Below are positions 52,540 through 64,000 of a stretch of 64,000 bases of DNA, piece by piece. The stretch is from NCBI RefSeq assembly GCF_001194135.2, contig NC_068982.1:121110146-121174145 (forward strand), in the 5' to 3' direction. Source of the DNA: Octopus bimaculoides. Taxonomy: Eukaryota. A program made the position numbers and the translations under genes. The notes beneath the pieces were generated by a model. It was not told where the DNA came from. It saw only the letters and a program-made list of their open reading frames with translations, and ran no database searches. The number at the start of each line of letters is the position of its first letter. Position 1 is the stretch's first letter.

Positions 52540-54484
52540 TATATATATTATATATATATATATATACACTCACTACATAGATACATGTGTGTGCACGTGT
52601 TTGAGTTTTCTTGTCTTGACAACACATGGTTGTTGTAAATGAGTGTCGCTTGTTCAAGCAGTGTCATTTGCAGTATTCTAAGAAAATATTACCTTGCTTG
52701 TAAACAGGTCAGTGTTGGCAACAGAAAGGGCATCTGGTTGTAGAAAATTTGTTTCAATAAACTCCAGCCCATGCAGGCATAGAAAAGTGGACATTAAGAC
52801 AACGATGTATATCTGAATATATATATGTGTGTGTGTATGTGTTTATATATATATATATATAATATATGTATGTGTGTGAATATATATTGTGGATGTATGC
52901 ACATGCACACAAAGTGATGAATGTAATGGTACAAAAAATTTTTTTACTATGTTTATAAAGTATCATTTGAACGATTGAGAAATGTCTTTCACCTCAATAT
53001 TTCATCCTTATTCTCAGAACCATTAGCAGACCGGGCAAAATGCTTAGCAGTATTTCATCTGTCTTTACGTTCTGAGTTCAAATTCCGCCAAGGTTGACTT
53101 TGCTTTTCATCCTCTTGGGGTCGATAAATTAAGTACCAGTTGCATACTGGGGTTGGTCTAATCGACAGGCCCCCTCTCCCAAAATTTCGGGTCTTGTGCC
53201 TAGAGTAGAAAAGAATATTTCATTCTTATTCTGCATATCTATTTTCTCATTGAAAGTTGTATTTTTATAATAAAGCCTTTTTGAAGAAAAATTTGTATTT
53301 TGCTTTGATTGTTTTAATGTTGATGTTTAAATTCAAGTCAGCCATGATGCAGCAGAAATATATTCCAGGGATGAGTATCCTATCTTTACTTTTACTTTCC
53401 AATTATGTGGGTTTGGGTTCAGTCCCCTGTACCTTAGGCAAGTCTCTTCTACTAAACTTCCAGCTGATCAAAACCTTGTGGATTCCATATGGAAATTGAA
53501 AGAAACCTATTGTGCATACATCATGTGTATATATGTGTGTGTATGTATGTATATATATATATCAGTACCGCCTGACTGGCGTTCGTGCCAGTGGCACGTA
53601 AAAGCACCCACTACACTCTCGGAGTGGTGTTACAGCTACGGCTATCTTGTTTCTTTTCAGAAATAATATAAGACTATTTCATTTACTGTAGTTATGAAAT
53701 TTCCAGTCGAGTGTTTCGTTAGCTTGTTGGATATCATGTCTGATGAATTAGATAAAGGGATGTAAGTGTAGCATAGTTTTTTTTCGGGACGGGTGGGGTG
53801 GGGATGGATTCTGAAATTACTACTAAAATCTGGAATAAAAGTGAAGTACCTTTGTGTATGTATGGAAACTAGTTAATCTAGCGCTGGAAGAAAAAGAAAG
53901 ATATAAGGGAGACAACTCATATTAAAAAGTGATTGTTGGGGTGAAGAATAGTCTGATATAAAGTAGACAGTGATAGTCTGATTGTTAATAAACCAGGAAT
54001 TAGGACAGGAGACAAGTCAGTACATACAACAAGTTGTTGCTGTTTAATTCCTGTGTCGATATGATCAAAGGTATTTCAACACTGACCACTCTGTCATTTA
54101 CAGCTATGTCTCGAATTAACTACCCAAGATGACCTTCCCTTTTAAGACAGTGGGGTGTATTTTGAGAAAGATTTGGTTGCTATTTCTAGGGATCACAGGC
54201 TCACGCTGAGTTTAGAATGTATATTACTAAAAATGTGGAGAACTTATTCAAATTATGTCTTGTTACCACCATTGCAATGTATCTATGTCATTGTCAATTT
54301 CTAAACAACTGTCTTGTAGATAGTTAACTGAAGGTACTGTTGTCCCTTTAATTGTGAAAGGTACCAATAAAGTAATACAATCATCTAAGTCGTATGTAGG
54401 TGATGCAGATAGTGTGGTTACTCTAGCTGTAAATAGATAGTGCAATCCACCTAGCTGTAAGTACTACAGGTAGTATAATCCACC

Positions 54485-55458
54485 GGCATAACTACAGAGT
54501 TGTACCCCCCCCCCCCNNNNNNNNNNNNNNNNNNNNNNNNNNNNNNNNNNNNNNNNNNNNNNNNNNNNNNNNNNNNNNNNNNNNNNNNNNNNNNNNNNNN
54601 NNNNNNNNNNNNNNNNNNNNNNNNNNNNNNNNNNNNNNNNNNNNNNNNNNNNNNNNNNNNNNNNNNNNNNNNNNNNNNNNNNNNNNNNNNNNNNNNNNNN
54701 NNNNNNNNNNNNNNNNNNNNNNNNNNNNNNNNNNNNNNNNNNNNNNNNNNNNNNNNNNNNNNNNNNNNNNNNNNNNNNNNNNNNNNNNNNNNNNNNNNNN
54801 NNNNNNNNNNNNNNNNNNNNNNNNNNNNNNNNNNNNNNNNNNNNNNNNNNNNNNNNNNNNNNNNNNNNNNNNNNNNNNNNNNNNNNNNNNNNNNNNNNNN
54901 NNNNNNNNNNNNNNNNNNNNNNNNNNNNNNNNNNNNNNNNNNNNNNNNNNNNNNNNNNNNNNNNNNNNNNNNNNNNNNNNNNNNNNNNNNNNNNNNNNNN
55001 NNNNNNNNNNNNNNNNNNNNNNNNNNNNNNNNNNNNNNNNNNNNNNNNNNNNNNNNNNNNNNNNNNNNNNNNNNNNNNNNNNNNNNNNNNNNNNNNNNNN
55101 NNNNNNNNNNNNNNNNNNNNNNNNNNNNNNNNNNNNNNNNNNNNNNNNNNNNNNNNNNNNNNNNNNNNNNNNNNNNNNNNNNNNNNNNNNNCGTACATCA
55201 AGGTATATTTGTAGAAAATTTCACGAAAAAATATTCATTTTCCTGGAAGTTAAGAGGAATTTAAGTGGACTCTGTTGGAATTTCCGAAAATTGTCCCCCA
55301 CCCCTATTCCAAAACACTTTCACCGAAAATTTTTGTATATTCGGAATCTACATAATAAATAATATATGCATAGAAAATTTCATTAAAAAATATTCATTTT
55401 TCTGAAAGTTATGACCTTCCAAAGTCGGGTGGGGTGGGTACAACTCTGTAGTTATGCC
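54485..55458. mobile_element. Non-autonomous DNA transposon with 23-bp TIRs and 9-bp TSD (Mutator-like)
   Basis: TIR GGCATAACTACAGAGTTGTACCC at 54485-54507, inverse ending at 55458; TSD taatccacc at 54476-54484 and 55459-55467; most of the interior is an N-gap. Confidence 0.88.
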
Positions 55459-56612
55459 TAATCCACCTAGCTGTGTGCAGGCAGGTATCACAAGTTGTAT
55501 CATCCACCTAACTTGTAGAGATCACAGAATAGTATAATTTACTACTGTGAGTAGGTGTCACAGAGAGGCGTAGCCCACCTACTTGAACCACAACATGGTA
55601 AAGTCTAAATGGGCTCTATTGAACAACAGAGTTTACCTAACATCAACCAAGAAACATAAAATGGGTTAGTTAATTTAATTGAAAGTGTAGGTGATTGGTA
55701 AAGTTCATTACCGTTAATAAGTGCTGCATTGAAGTAGAGTTTGCTAACGTTAATAGGTGCCGCATGGTAGTTGAGTTCGTGTAGGTCATGCAGGATGATA
55801 TAGTTAGTTTAACTGTATATACATAAGAGTGATGTAGTTTATCAAGCTGTAGATAACTACTACAGGATGCCTATTTTACAGAAACGTTACGTGAAAGATT
55901 GTCATTATGTAGTGGTTCATGCAGGCATGGCGTGGATTCGATCCTCGATAGCCAAATTTCACTTAACACTTTAACAGTAAAACAATAATTTTTCTGTGAG
56001 TTACAGCAGTTACATTTGCCAGATGTCTTCGCTAAGCAGAAAAATGTCTCTGCCACTTGACCCTTCTAACCTCTTCTAGGCCACCAAAAGCTAGAACAGA
56101 GATAACAGACCGCCAACGTAATCTATTGTTCTCAACAATATGTCTATTCTTCTGGCTAGTTTTGGATAGTTATAAAAACAAAAACTCCGTAAGTCAAAAG
56201 CAGTTAGTTAGAACCGAGTCTGGCTGACCGGCTAAACAAAACGCCATCTCTAAAGGAAAAGACACAAAGAGACAATTATGGTAACTTACCAACGAAGCAG
56301 TTGTTTCGTCCCACCATTCTCACTAGCTCACTTTCTTTTCTCTGTAACATTACTATAATCTCTCTCTATGTACTATTATGAGATTGTGTACGCACATACC
56401 GGCCGAAATTAACTCTTTTTACCTCGCATGCTTTTCCATTTACTAGTTATACATACCAACCCGTCGTGGTTTTGGATATATATTAAAGTAACGGTAAATA
56501 TCTCTTTACAACTTCAATCACTGTTCTGCTGCTATCTTGCACACTGGTAACCAACACCTTAACAACAACCGTTACAATTGGTGACCCTCGACTGCAACGA
56601 AGAACTAACCGT

Positions 56613-57151
56613 GGATCTTTTTTAAAACGGGGGCCACATTTTTCATTAACGAAACACTTTGAAACTTGGAACACTGGTAGAATGTGTCATATAAAACATC
56701 TTTTTCTCTTAGTCTTCTTAAAAAAAAAGAAATCCACAAATTATTCCATGTTAAAGTTGTCGTATTTCTGTAATTTCAACCAATCACTGACGTCCATTCA
56801 GCCGATATACATTAAGTGCCGACTACATAAACAAACGATTCTGAAACAATTAACCCTAACCCTAAGGTTAGGGTTAGGGTTAGGNNNNNNNNNNNNNNNN
56901 NNNNNNNNNNNNNNNNNNNNNNNNNNNNNNNNNNNNNNNNNNNNNNNNNNNNNNNNNNNNNNNNNNNNNNNNNNNNNNNNNNNNNNNNNNNNNNNNNNNN
57001 NNNNNNNNNNNNNNNNNNNNNNNNNNNNNNNNNNNNNNNNNNNNNNGAAGACTAAGAGAAAAAGATGTTTTATATGACACATTCTACCAGTGTTCCAAGT
57101 TTCAAAGTGTTTCGTTAATGAAAAATGTGGCCCCCGTTTTAAAAAAGATCC
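56613..57151. mobile_element. Foldback DNA element with 8-bp TSD and central telomeric repeats
   Basis: Perfect 105-bp inverted repeat (56613-56717 vs 57047-57151); TSD ctaaccgt at 56605-56612 and 57152-57159. Confidence 0.88.
56851..56884. repeat. Interstitial telomeric-type repeats (CCCTAA)2 then (TTAGGG)3, self-complementary
   Basis: taaccctaaccctaaggttagggttagggttagg immediately before an N-gap. Confidence 0.9.
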
Positions 57152-58499
57152 CTAACCGTTAGTTATATATAGGGAAATGTTAATTGTCTTGAATTTGGAA
57201 CGAGATTTCATGAGGCAATATTCTACAGCTGGATACTCTTCCTTTTACCAGTCTTTACTTGTTTTTCAAGTTATGTATTTTATTTTATGTCTTCACTCAT
57301 CAAGCTGAACGTTTTGTGTATATGTGACATAAGCAAGATCACTACCGAAACGAGGCCTATGGGGTCAAAATGCGCGCGCACGCACATATAGTAACCTCTC
57401 CTAGATCAGCGTTAAATACATTACATCTCTTCCAGAGGTTACGCAATTGCTATCAAAGAACAGTAGTAACTACTAAATACCTGACCTACAAGAGAGATAA
57501 GTATGCTTCTAGGTGTAGCAGAAGTGATTTACACTGTCGTTATGTGTGAGATGTTTTCGCTATGGGTTATCTAGGCTTAAATACCCAAATATCGGCTCTA
57601 CAAGCCTTTTTGTTCCAGCAGGTCACATGACCTCGTGATTAAACGAACCTGTTGTTTGTATTGGTCGGTTTCCAGCCGTCTAATCGTGTTGGCGCAACAG
57701 TTGATTTTTCTTTACACAGGAAATTAATCACCAGCTCCTGGGAGCCTACTATTCTCTATAAAGACAGCAGTTCTCGACTGCTCTAGGTCTTTGGTACACG
57801 CCACTGACCACACGCAACTCGTCTCCGGCAGCAATGTACCTGACACCAGCCAGTCTCAGCTTTCATATACACCAGACACCTGCCTTCATCGTAGCTATAT
57901 GAACATCACACAACCAACAGACCAACGGCTGCCTCTACGCACCACCAAACAGTACGTCAACTTTGCCTACAAGATCAGTCCAGCCTAACCATGAAGTCTC
58001 TCATACATCTTTGTTGTAACCTGTTACATTTATTTTATTTCATGTATGGCAATCATTGTATTTTATAATGGAGAATATATCGTCGCTTACCAGTTCATTT
58101 CATCTCAAGTCGTATATCATTTTCGTCCTTAGTCGAAAGACATCTGTTATGTCCTGTTTTATTATTTTTATTGTATTTGTGTAACATTGTTCGTTTTTCC
58201 CCCCGTCTTTGTTTTTGTATACATTCGCTGCTTTCTTCCAAGGAATCTAATGCTCTTAGCTTAGTTTTTACTTGGGGCTGGCCAGATTGGTGCAATATCG
58301 AGAATAACCAGCCGAAATTGCAAGGATAATCTGGATCTCGACTGAAGAGAGAAAACTCCGAATGACCTGTCCGTGTTTTCTTTGTATCGTCTATCTGTAT
58401 GGTTTGTCCCTTTCGTGTATCACCTAACTGTCTGCATGTTTTGCGTCCTTGTCTCATTTTGTATTATAAACATACAATGAACGAGAATACGCGATCGTT

Positions 58500-61400
58500 G
58501 ACGAAAATTCCAGCACAAGTTTAAACTACTCTGTCTGATTCTTCTTTTTCTGTTTACAAAATTATTGTGTATAAAGGTAAGGTGTTTCGGTATGTATATA
58601 CATATGGTATAGGCTATAATCTATAGATGTATTCTCTAATAAAGAAATGCTAACGTACCATCCATTTATTAATTTATCTCTATATATTCCTTCAGGTTCA
58701 GTGCTATGTCATGCAGGACATATAAAATTATCGAACACAGTGTGCTGCTTTCACTTCTCTGAATTTTATAGATATAACCTTAGTCTCTGTCAGTTGAAGT
58801 TGTTTTCACATGTATCCATGATGATTATTTATCAAAATTGATATCGATAATGATTGTTTACAGTTTATATTTATCTAATATGTCCACCAACAATGATAAC
58901 TTTTCCTCTGAAAGAACTATTTAGTTGAGAGGGAAATTTGTGCCCTGGCGAGAGAGAGAGAGATCTTCTCAGACTGGAAACACGGCCAAATGCTTGCATC
59001 ACAGTGGAATCTACTAAAAGCATCCAAGGTGTCAGGTGGTGTTGTTTAACTGAAAGACAGATTAAATTTTCCACCTCAGTAGGCCATAGCAATATTTAAA
59101 TTGAAAATGCAAAGAGCCGGAACAAATTCAGCAAGATATCCGGTCCGATGTTCTTACGAGTTCTGTCAATCCGTTGCCTTGATATTGTTTAAGCAACTTC
59201 CGAAAGGATAAAAGGCTAAGTTGACTTGGGCGCAATTTGAACTCTGAGCGCAGAGAGTCGGAACAAATACTGTGAGTCATTCTGTCCGATGCTTTAACGA
59301 CTCTGCCAGTTTGCGTTGACCTTCAAGTTTACATAAAATCTTTTAATTATCCAATGTTTCTAGACAGTAACAATGAAACATCAGTAACTCATCTCAAGTA
59401 ATGGTTTCTCGTTTACGCCAGCAATTTTAGGAAGAGGGATAAGTTGACACCATCGACCTCAGTATTTGACTGGTAATTTATTTTATTGTACTTGAAAAGA
59501 TGAATGGCAAAGTTAACCCTAGACGGATATTACACTCAGTAACATTGTTGACTGGATTGAATGAAAGGTTTAATGCGGAATGAGTTGTTCCCGCCACCTG
59601 AAAATAACAAAGGCTATTTCAAATCAAACACTTGCTACTGCATTGTTTCAGCTGTTTCAGCTCTTACAGGCATTATACAATGACACTATAATGAAATATG
59701 TTCAAGGACCCACCAGACCACAATAAAAAAATAACCCTAAAAATCTATGGATGTCAATAATATAAAATTGTCTATTTTATTCCTGGCAAAGTAGCCGTTA
59801 GTCTCATATTTAATTTGTCTACATATTCATTAAAATGTTTTTCTCTTTACTTTTTAAAAATATTTCTGTACAAATCTTTCTATAAGTCATCTTCAGTATT
59901 GTCACGGGTGAATAATTACGAAGATGGATTCATTTTCTCGTTATATAACTTCAAGCTTTTGCAAATTTTGCAAATTTTTATCATATGGAATGGGAGATTT
60001 CAGTTATCCTTAAAAGATGCATTTCATCCCACGAAAGTATTTATTCCTATACTCTGAGATTTCAGTAAAGAGCAGTGAGCAGAAAAGGTTTCGTAGTTGA
60101 TGCAGTGTCGTAGAAACATGAGCGTCGTCCATTGGTTGATAATGTTCACTATCATCCTCTGCTGAATCTATTTTGGCTGTAGTTTATTTTATTTTATCAG
60201 TAGCAAACACGTCCCCGTTAATAACACTTATACCTTCAAATGCAACTTTTGGAACGTGATGCAACAAAGCACTGAAATAGAAATGCTTCCGATCATTCCA
60301 ATGAAGCAGGTGTAAGTTTTTCCATCGTTTCACATTTTTCTACTTTATCTTGTCTAATTCTCTAGAAAATGAAGATAAAATATAGTATGTGTTTTGTAGG
60401 AAGCAGATGATTCATGGTTAATTTTCATCCATTCAGCTAGATAATCTGTTCTGTTTCTTCACCATTAAAATAAATAGATTGAATCATGAGAATTTGTGCA
60501 GGAGAATATAAACCATATAATTTAAACTCCAGCATTTTCATCAAGCTTCAAACGTTGAAACAAAGCGGCCATTTATATAATTAGCAATTTCATCTTTTGT
60601 CTTCATTTTTTTTTTTTAGAGCGTAGTTTCTTCCGTAATAATTACTTTTTACACAATCTTGACATTTAGGAATATATTTACTGATATATTTTAACACTCC
60701 AACAGTTGTACATACTTCTACATTGTTGTGCTTTTAACACTGAAATTTGGTAAATATTATACTACTAAGCAGTTATCAAAATTCACATTTACTTTCTTTT
60801 GAAATTTGAACCATTACTCTGACGATTATAATTCAAATATCTGTTAGTCATTGGGATTGCATTTTCCAAAAAACAAGGAGAAAAGTCTTTAGCATATTGT
60901 TTTCGACATTTGCCACCAACCAGGCATAACACGTTGGAGTTATCTCCAACACATAGACCAGTTAGCATACGTTTAGCGGCAATTTCGACTACGTTTCCGG
61001 ATTTGGTAATTCTGCATATAAAATTTCATCATTGTCTTCTGGATCTAGTATCCCTTTCTTTTAATATAATTAATATGTACAAAGGGGTATTACACATTTT
61101 TGAAACTCTATCATCCACATATAGACCGTAGCTTCTCTGAAAATGCCTTTTTTCAACATATCGTCAAATAAATCTTCAAGTTTACTATGGGAAACGCTAC
61201 TCGTTAAATTGTATCATTCAGTCACTACTTGTCCTTAATATATAGTTCGTCAGTGAATTTGTTTCCAATTCGGATTACGTGAAAGTGACCCCCCCCCAAA
61301 AAAAAACAGGCCTTTTTTTTCAACTTTCATGCAATTGTTAATGGAGTTTTGATGTAGCGTCTGCATCCATCGTGGGCGCTACTATGAAAGTTGATGGATT

Positions 61401-61940
61401 TGACCATTCTTCTGCTAATGTATTAAAGTCGATGTGATTATAAGTGGTTTGATACGATTCAACTCTAAGTTGTTTTTGTTTTTTATATATAAGATCTCAT
61501 GCGTTGTAATTTTATTTCTTCATTTTTAGAATGCATATGAAAAAAATACTTTTGGGATGACTTGAGTAGCGAAATTAACTGGAATTATTCTCAAATACTA
61601 TAGGCCTGTATATACAAGCACACCGTTTATGTAATTTTTCTAAGATTTTTTTTCTTCACAACGTCACATACTAAAATAACTTCCCAAATGGAAATAGCAA
61701 TGGGTTATAATTTAGATGGATAGATTTGATTGTTTGAAGTATGCTGTTCTTCCTACAACACTCAATTTTCGTAGCCTAAAATGTCGTTTTGGTTGTAGGT
61801 TTTCCAAGTTATTATCGAGGTAGTAATTTACCGCAACTTTTTTTCACAGTGGACCAGCTGTATTAAATATAGGAATTTCTTTATTTTCAGAAGTACTATC
61901 GAAAATCGTTTAATATTCTTGTATTCAATATCTAAGTATT
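58500..61940 (-). mobile_element. Decayed Helitron RepHel (HUH endonuclease plus PIF1-family helicase)
   Basis: Hand translation of the minus strand gives, in canonical order: YNPLLFPFG (about 61700), PSTF..PRWMQTLHQNS (about 61345-61410), EFQKCVIP (about 61080-61110), DEIANYINGRFVSTFEA (about 60545-60600), LLHHVP (about 60260), HQLRNLFCSLL (about 60070-60105), SGGxTTHSALNL (about 59560-59600), FRGKVIIVGGHIR (58871-58915). Many stops and frameshifts; interrupted by family A SINE pieces at about 59205-59535. Confidence 0.88.
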
Positions 61941-62867
61941 CTCGGGAAGGCGGTGAGCTGGCAGAATCGTTAGCACGCCGGATAAATTGCTTAGGGTATC
62001 GTCAGGTACCCACTAGTCGATGGAAGTTATATGGTAACAATTTATAGAAATCTAGTGGTGGATAAGAGCGATGACGTCCACGAGGATGAACTAGCTGGTC
62101 TGATTTGGAGTACTACCATGGATAACTTCCAGAAATATATATAATTTTTTTCTATCAGTATTTTGAAATAGAACGAGGTGAATTGGTTCTTTTCAAGGCG
62201 AAAGTCAGCGCTCTCATTGATCGCTAGTTATAGTAAATACATTTGACTTCTGCTGACCCCAAGAGTGTGAGGCCTCTCCCCTTATCGCACACGAATGCCC
62301 ATTGCTGATCCCCTCACCATCTGCTGAATGTATTAACAAACCTTTGGAATTTGGTCTATTCACCAAGCTACTTCTCTTCCTACTACTATTCCTTTCAACC
62401 CTCATATTTATGATTATACCAAATACAAGAAATATATATATACTGTTGTTCACATCGTTGAATTTTTGAATTCCTGAATTTAAAAAAAAAATTTCTTTTC
62501 TTTTTATAAGTTTTGCTCTGGTTTGTAGTTTTTGTAGTTGCGCAGTTTGTATATATTGGCTGGTGCTTACCTCGTTAATTTTTTTCTTTAATTGTGTTGT
62601 TGCAATAAAAAGTATGTCTACATATTTAGGTAATCAGGGAGAAAAGAAAGAAAAACATTTCGCACAAAATTGGAGATATTAAAGTTTTAAAATTTTCTAG
62701 AGATGTTCGTTTGTATGTCCAATCAGAGAAGACTAGTGTTTTTGCAATAAAAAGGATGTTTACATTTTCGAATACTCAGGGAGAAAGGAAAGGAAAGAAA
62801 AGGAGGGTAACATTTTCACAAAAAATTGTAGATATTAAAGCTTTAAAATTTACTGAAGATTATATCA

Positions 62868-62897
62868 TTATCGTTATTATTATTATTATTATTATTG

Positions 62898-62967
<70 letters not shown>
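62868..62967. repeat. (TTA)n/(TAA)n microsatellite, about 100 bp
   Basis: Direct reading of the sequence. Confidence 0.97.
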
Positions 62968-62968
<1 letters not shown>

Positions 62969-63590
62969 GTGAGTGAGCACTTCTGCTCTTTTCATTGATC
63001 ACAGCCTTCGTATTTTCCACTTCAAATCGTCATGGTTGTTTATTTTTTTCTTCTTCTTTCCCATTGATGCTTTTTTCACATTGATGTTATGTCGATCATC
63101 ATACAGGTTCTTTCTCTTTTATTCACCACAACAATGTCTGATTCCCGATGTCTGGTCGGGTGATCGCACTGGATCATTGCATCCTACAGGATTTTGCAAT
63201 TCTCATTTTCGCTGACTCTTTCTGGAGTTTGCTCATACCATGACTTTGTTCTTTGTAGGCCGTAATTTCCACAGATCTCCCAATGGATCATTCTTGCAAC
63301 ATTATCATGTCTTTTGTATTCGCGTTGTGCCAATTTCGGGCATTCACTAACGATGTGCCATACCATTTCACTCCTCTCACCACACATTCTGCATTGGTCG
63401 CTATCAGTAGTGTTGTCTATTCTGCACTTCACATAGTTGGTCCTTAACACTTGTTTCTGAACTGCGCATATGAATGCTTCTGCCTTCATCTTCAGGTCAC
63501 TTCTCCTCATCCATAGCCACCGGTCCTCTGTATCTGTCTTCACATCTCTTGCAAACTGACCGTACATTTTCTTTTCCTTCTATGAGGCTT
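62968..63590 (-). mobile_element. Fragment of a restriction-like-endonuclease LINE (R4/Dong-like), C-terminal region
   Basis: CRMCGERSEMVWHIVSEC CCHC knuckle, RHD motif (KRHDNVARMIHW), then a degenerate xDIVVVNK endonuclease motif; disabled; truncated at both ends. Confidence 0.85.
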
Positions 63591-63770
63591 CTTTTTTTTT
63601 TTTTGCGTGTGTGTGCTTTTCCTCTTTAAATTTTTTTCATTACATAATTCTCAGTTTTGATGACGCCGGTTTTCTTCGCATGTTTCAACAATGAGTTTGA
63701 TGACGCCGGCCGTCATTATTATTATTATTGTTCAGTAGTTTTATTTTTATAACGTGCTTTNNNNNNNNNN

Positions 63771-64000
63771 TGTATTCGCGTTGTGCCAATTTCGGGCATT
63801 CACTAACGATGTGCCATACCATTTCACTCCTCTCACCACACATTCTGCATTGGTCGCTATCAGTAGTGTTGTCTATTCTGCACTTCACATAGTTGGTCCT
63901 TAACACTTGTTTCTGAACTGCGCATATGAATGCTTCTGCCTTCATCTTCAGGTCACTTCTCCTCATCCATAGCCACCGGTCCTCTGTATCTGTCTTCACA
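63771..64000 (-). repeat. Identical second copy of 63315-63544 (LINE fragment), probably an assembly duplication
   Basis: 230 bp with no visible difference, starting right after a 10-N gap. Confidence 0.75.

Noticed and set aside
54464-55264. Long ORFs made of X (also 5913-6350, 48159-48794, 56682-57082)
   Set aside because: Artefacts of N-gaps.
58330-58380. Hammerhead-like ctgaaga-gagaaaactc-cgaa in an unclassified repeat
   Set aside because: The core reads CGAAT rather than GAAA and stem III geometry does not fit.
60201-60312. Plus-strand exon candidates (also about 59660-59716, ALYNDTIMKYVQGPTRPQ)
   Set aside because: They are the antisense of the Helitron coding remnant.
62214-62453. 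79-aa minus-strand ORF as an exon of a third gene
   Set aside because: No recognisable domain, weak acceptor and no partner exons; it may belong to the Helitron 5' region.
63315-64000. Tandem duplication of the LINE fragment as a biological event
   Set aside because: The 230 bp copies are identical and separated by a 10-N gap, which is typical of an unmerged contig overlap; long reads are needed to decide.

Overview
AT-rich, microsatellite- and SINE-dense eukaryotic DNA with six N-gaps. The repeat families and composition suggest a coleoid cephalopod, probably Octopus (inference). Two protein-coding genes, both on the + strand, can be reconstructed by hand. (1) A folliculin-interacting protein gene (FNIP1/2 orthologue): 17 phase-consistent GT-AG exons from 14228 to the stop at 36079, plus a tandemly duplicated 63-nt upstream exon (3846-3908 and 4360-4422). 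Its first exons were not found and probably lie upstream of the window. (2) A complete two-exon PLD6/zucchini (mitoPLD) gene, 47370-47781 + 50539-50816, 229 aa. From about 40.8 kb to the end, the window is a transposon graveyard: Tigger/pogo, a CR1/L2-like LINE, two mariners, three foldback elements with intact 8-9 bp target-site duplications (one centred on telomeric CCCTAA/TTAGGG repeats), a decayed Helitron RepHel, and an R4/Dong-like LINE fragment abutting (TAA)n. The most notable observations are the duplicated FNIP exon, the FNIP-PLD6 adjacency (vertebrates have FLCN-PLD6 adjacent), and the telomere-centred foldback element. Most short ORFs in the supplied track are microsatellite, gap or antisense artefacts. 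No CRISPR array, rRNA or intact tRNA gene was seen.
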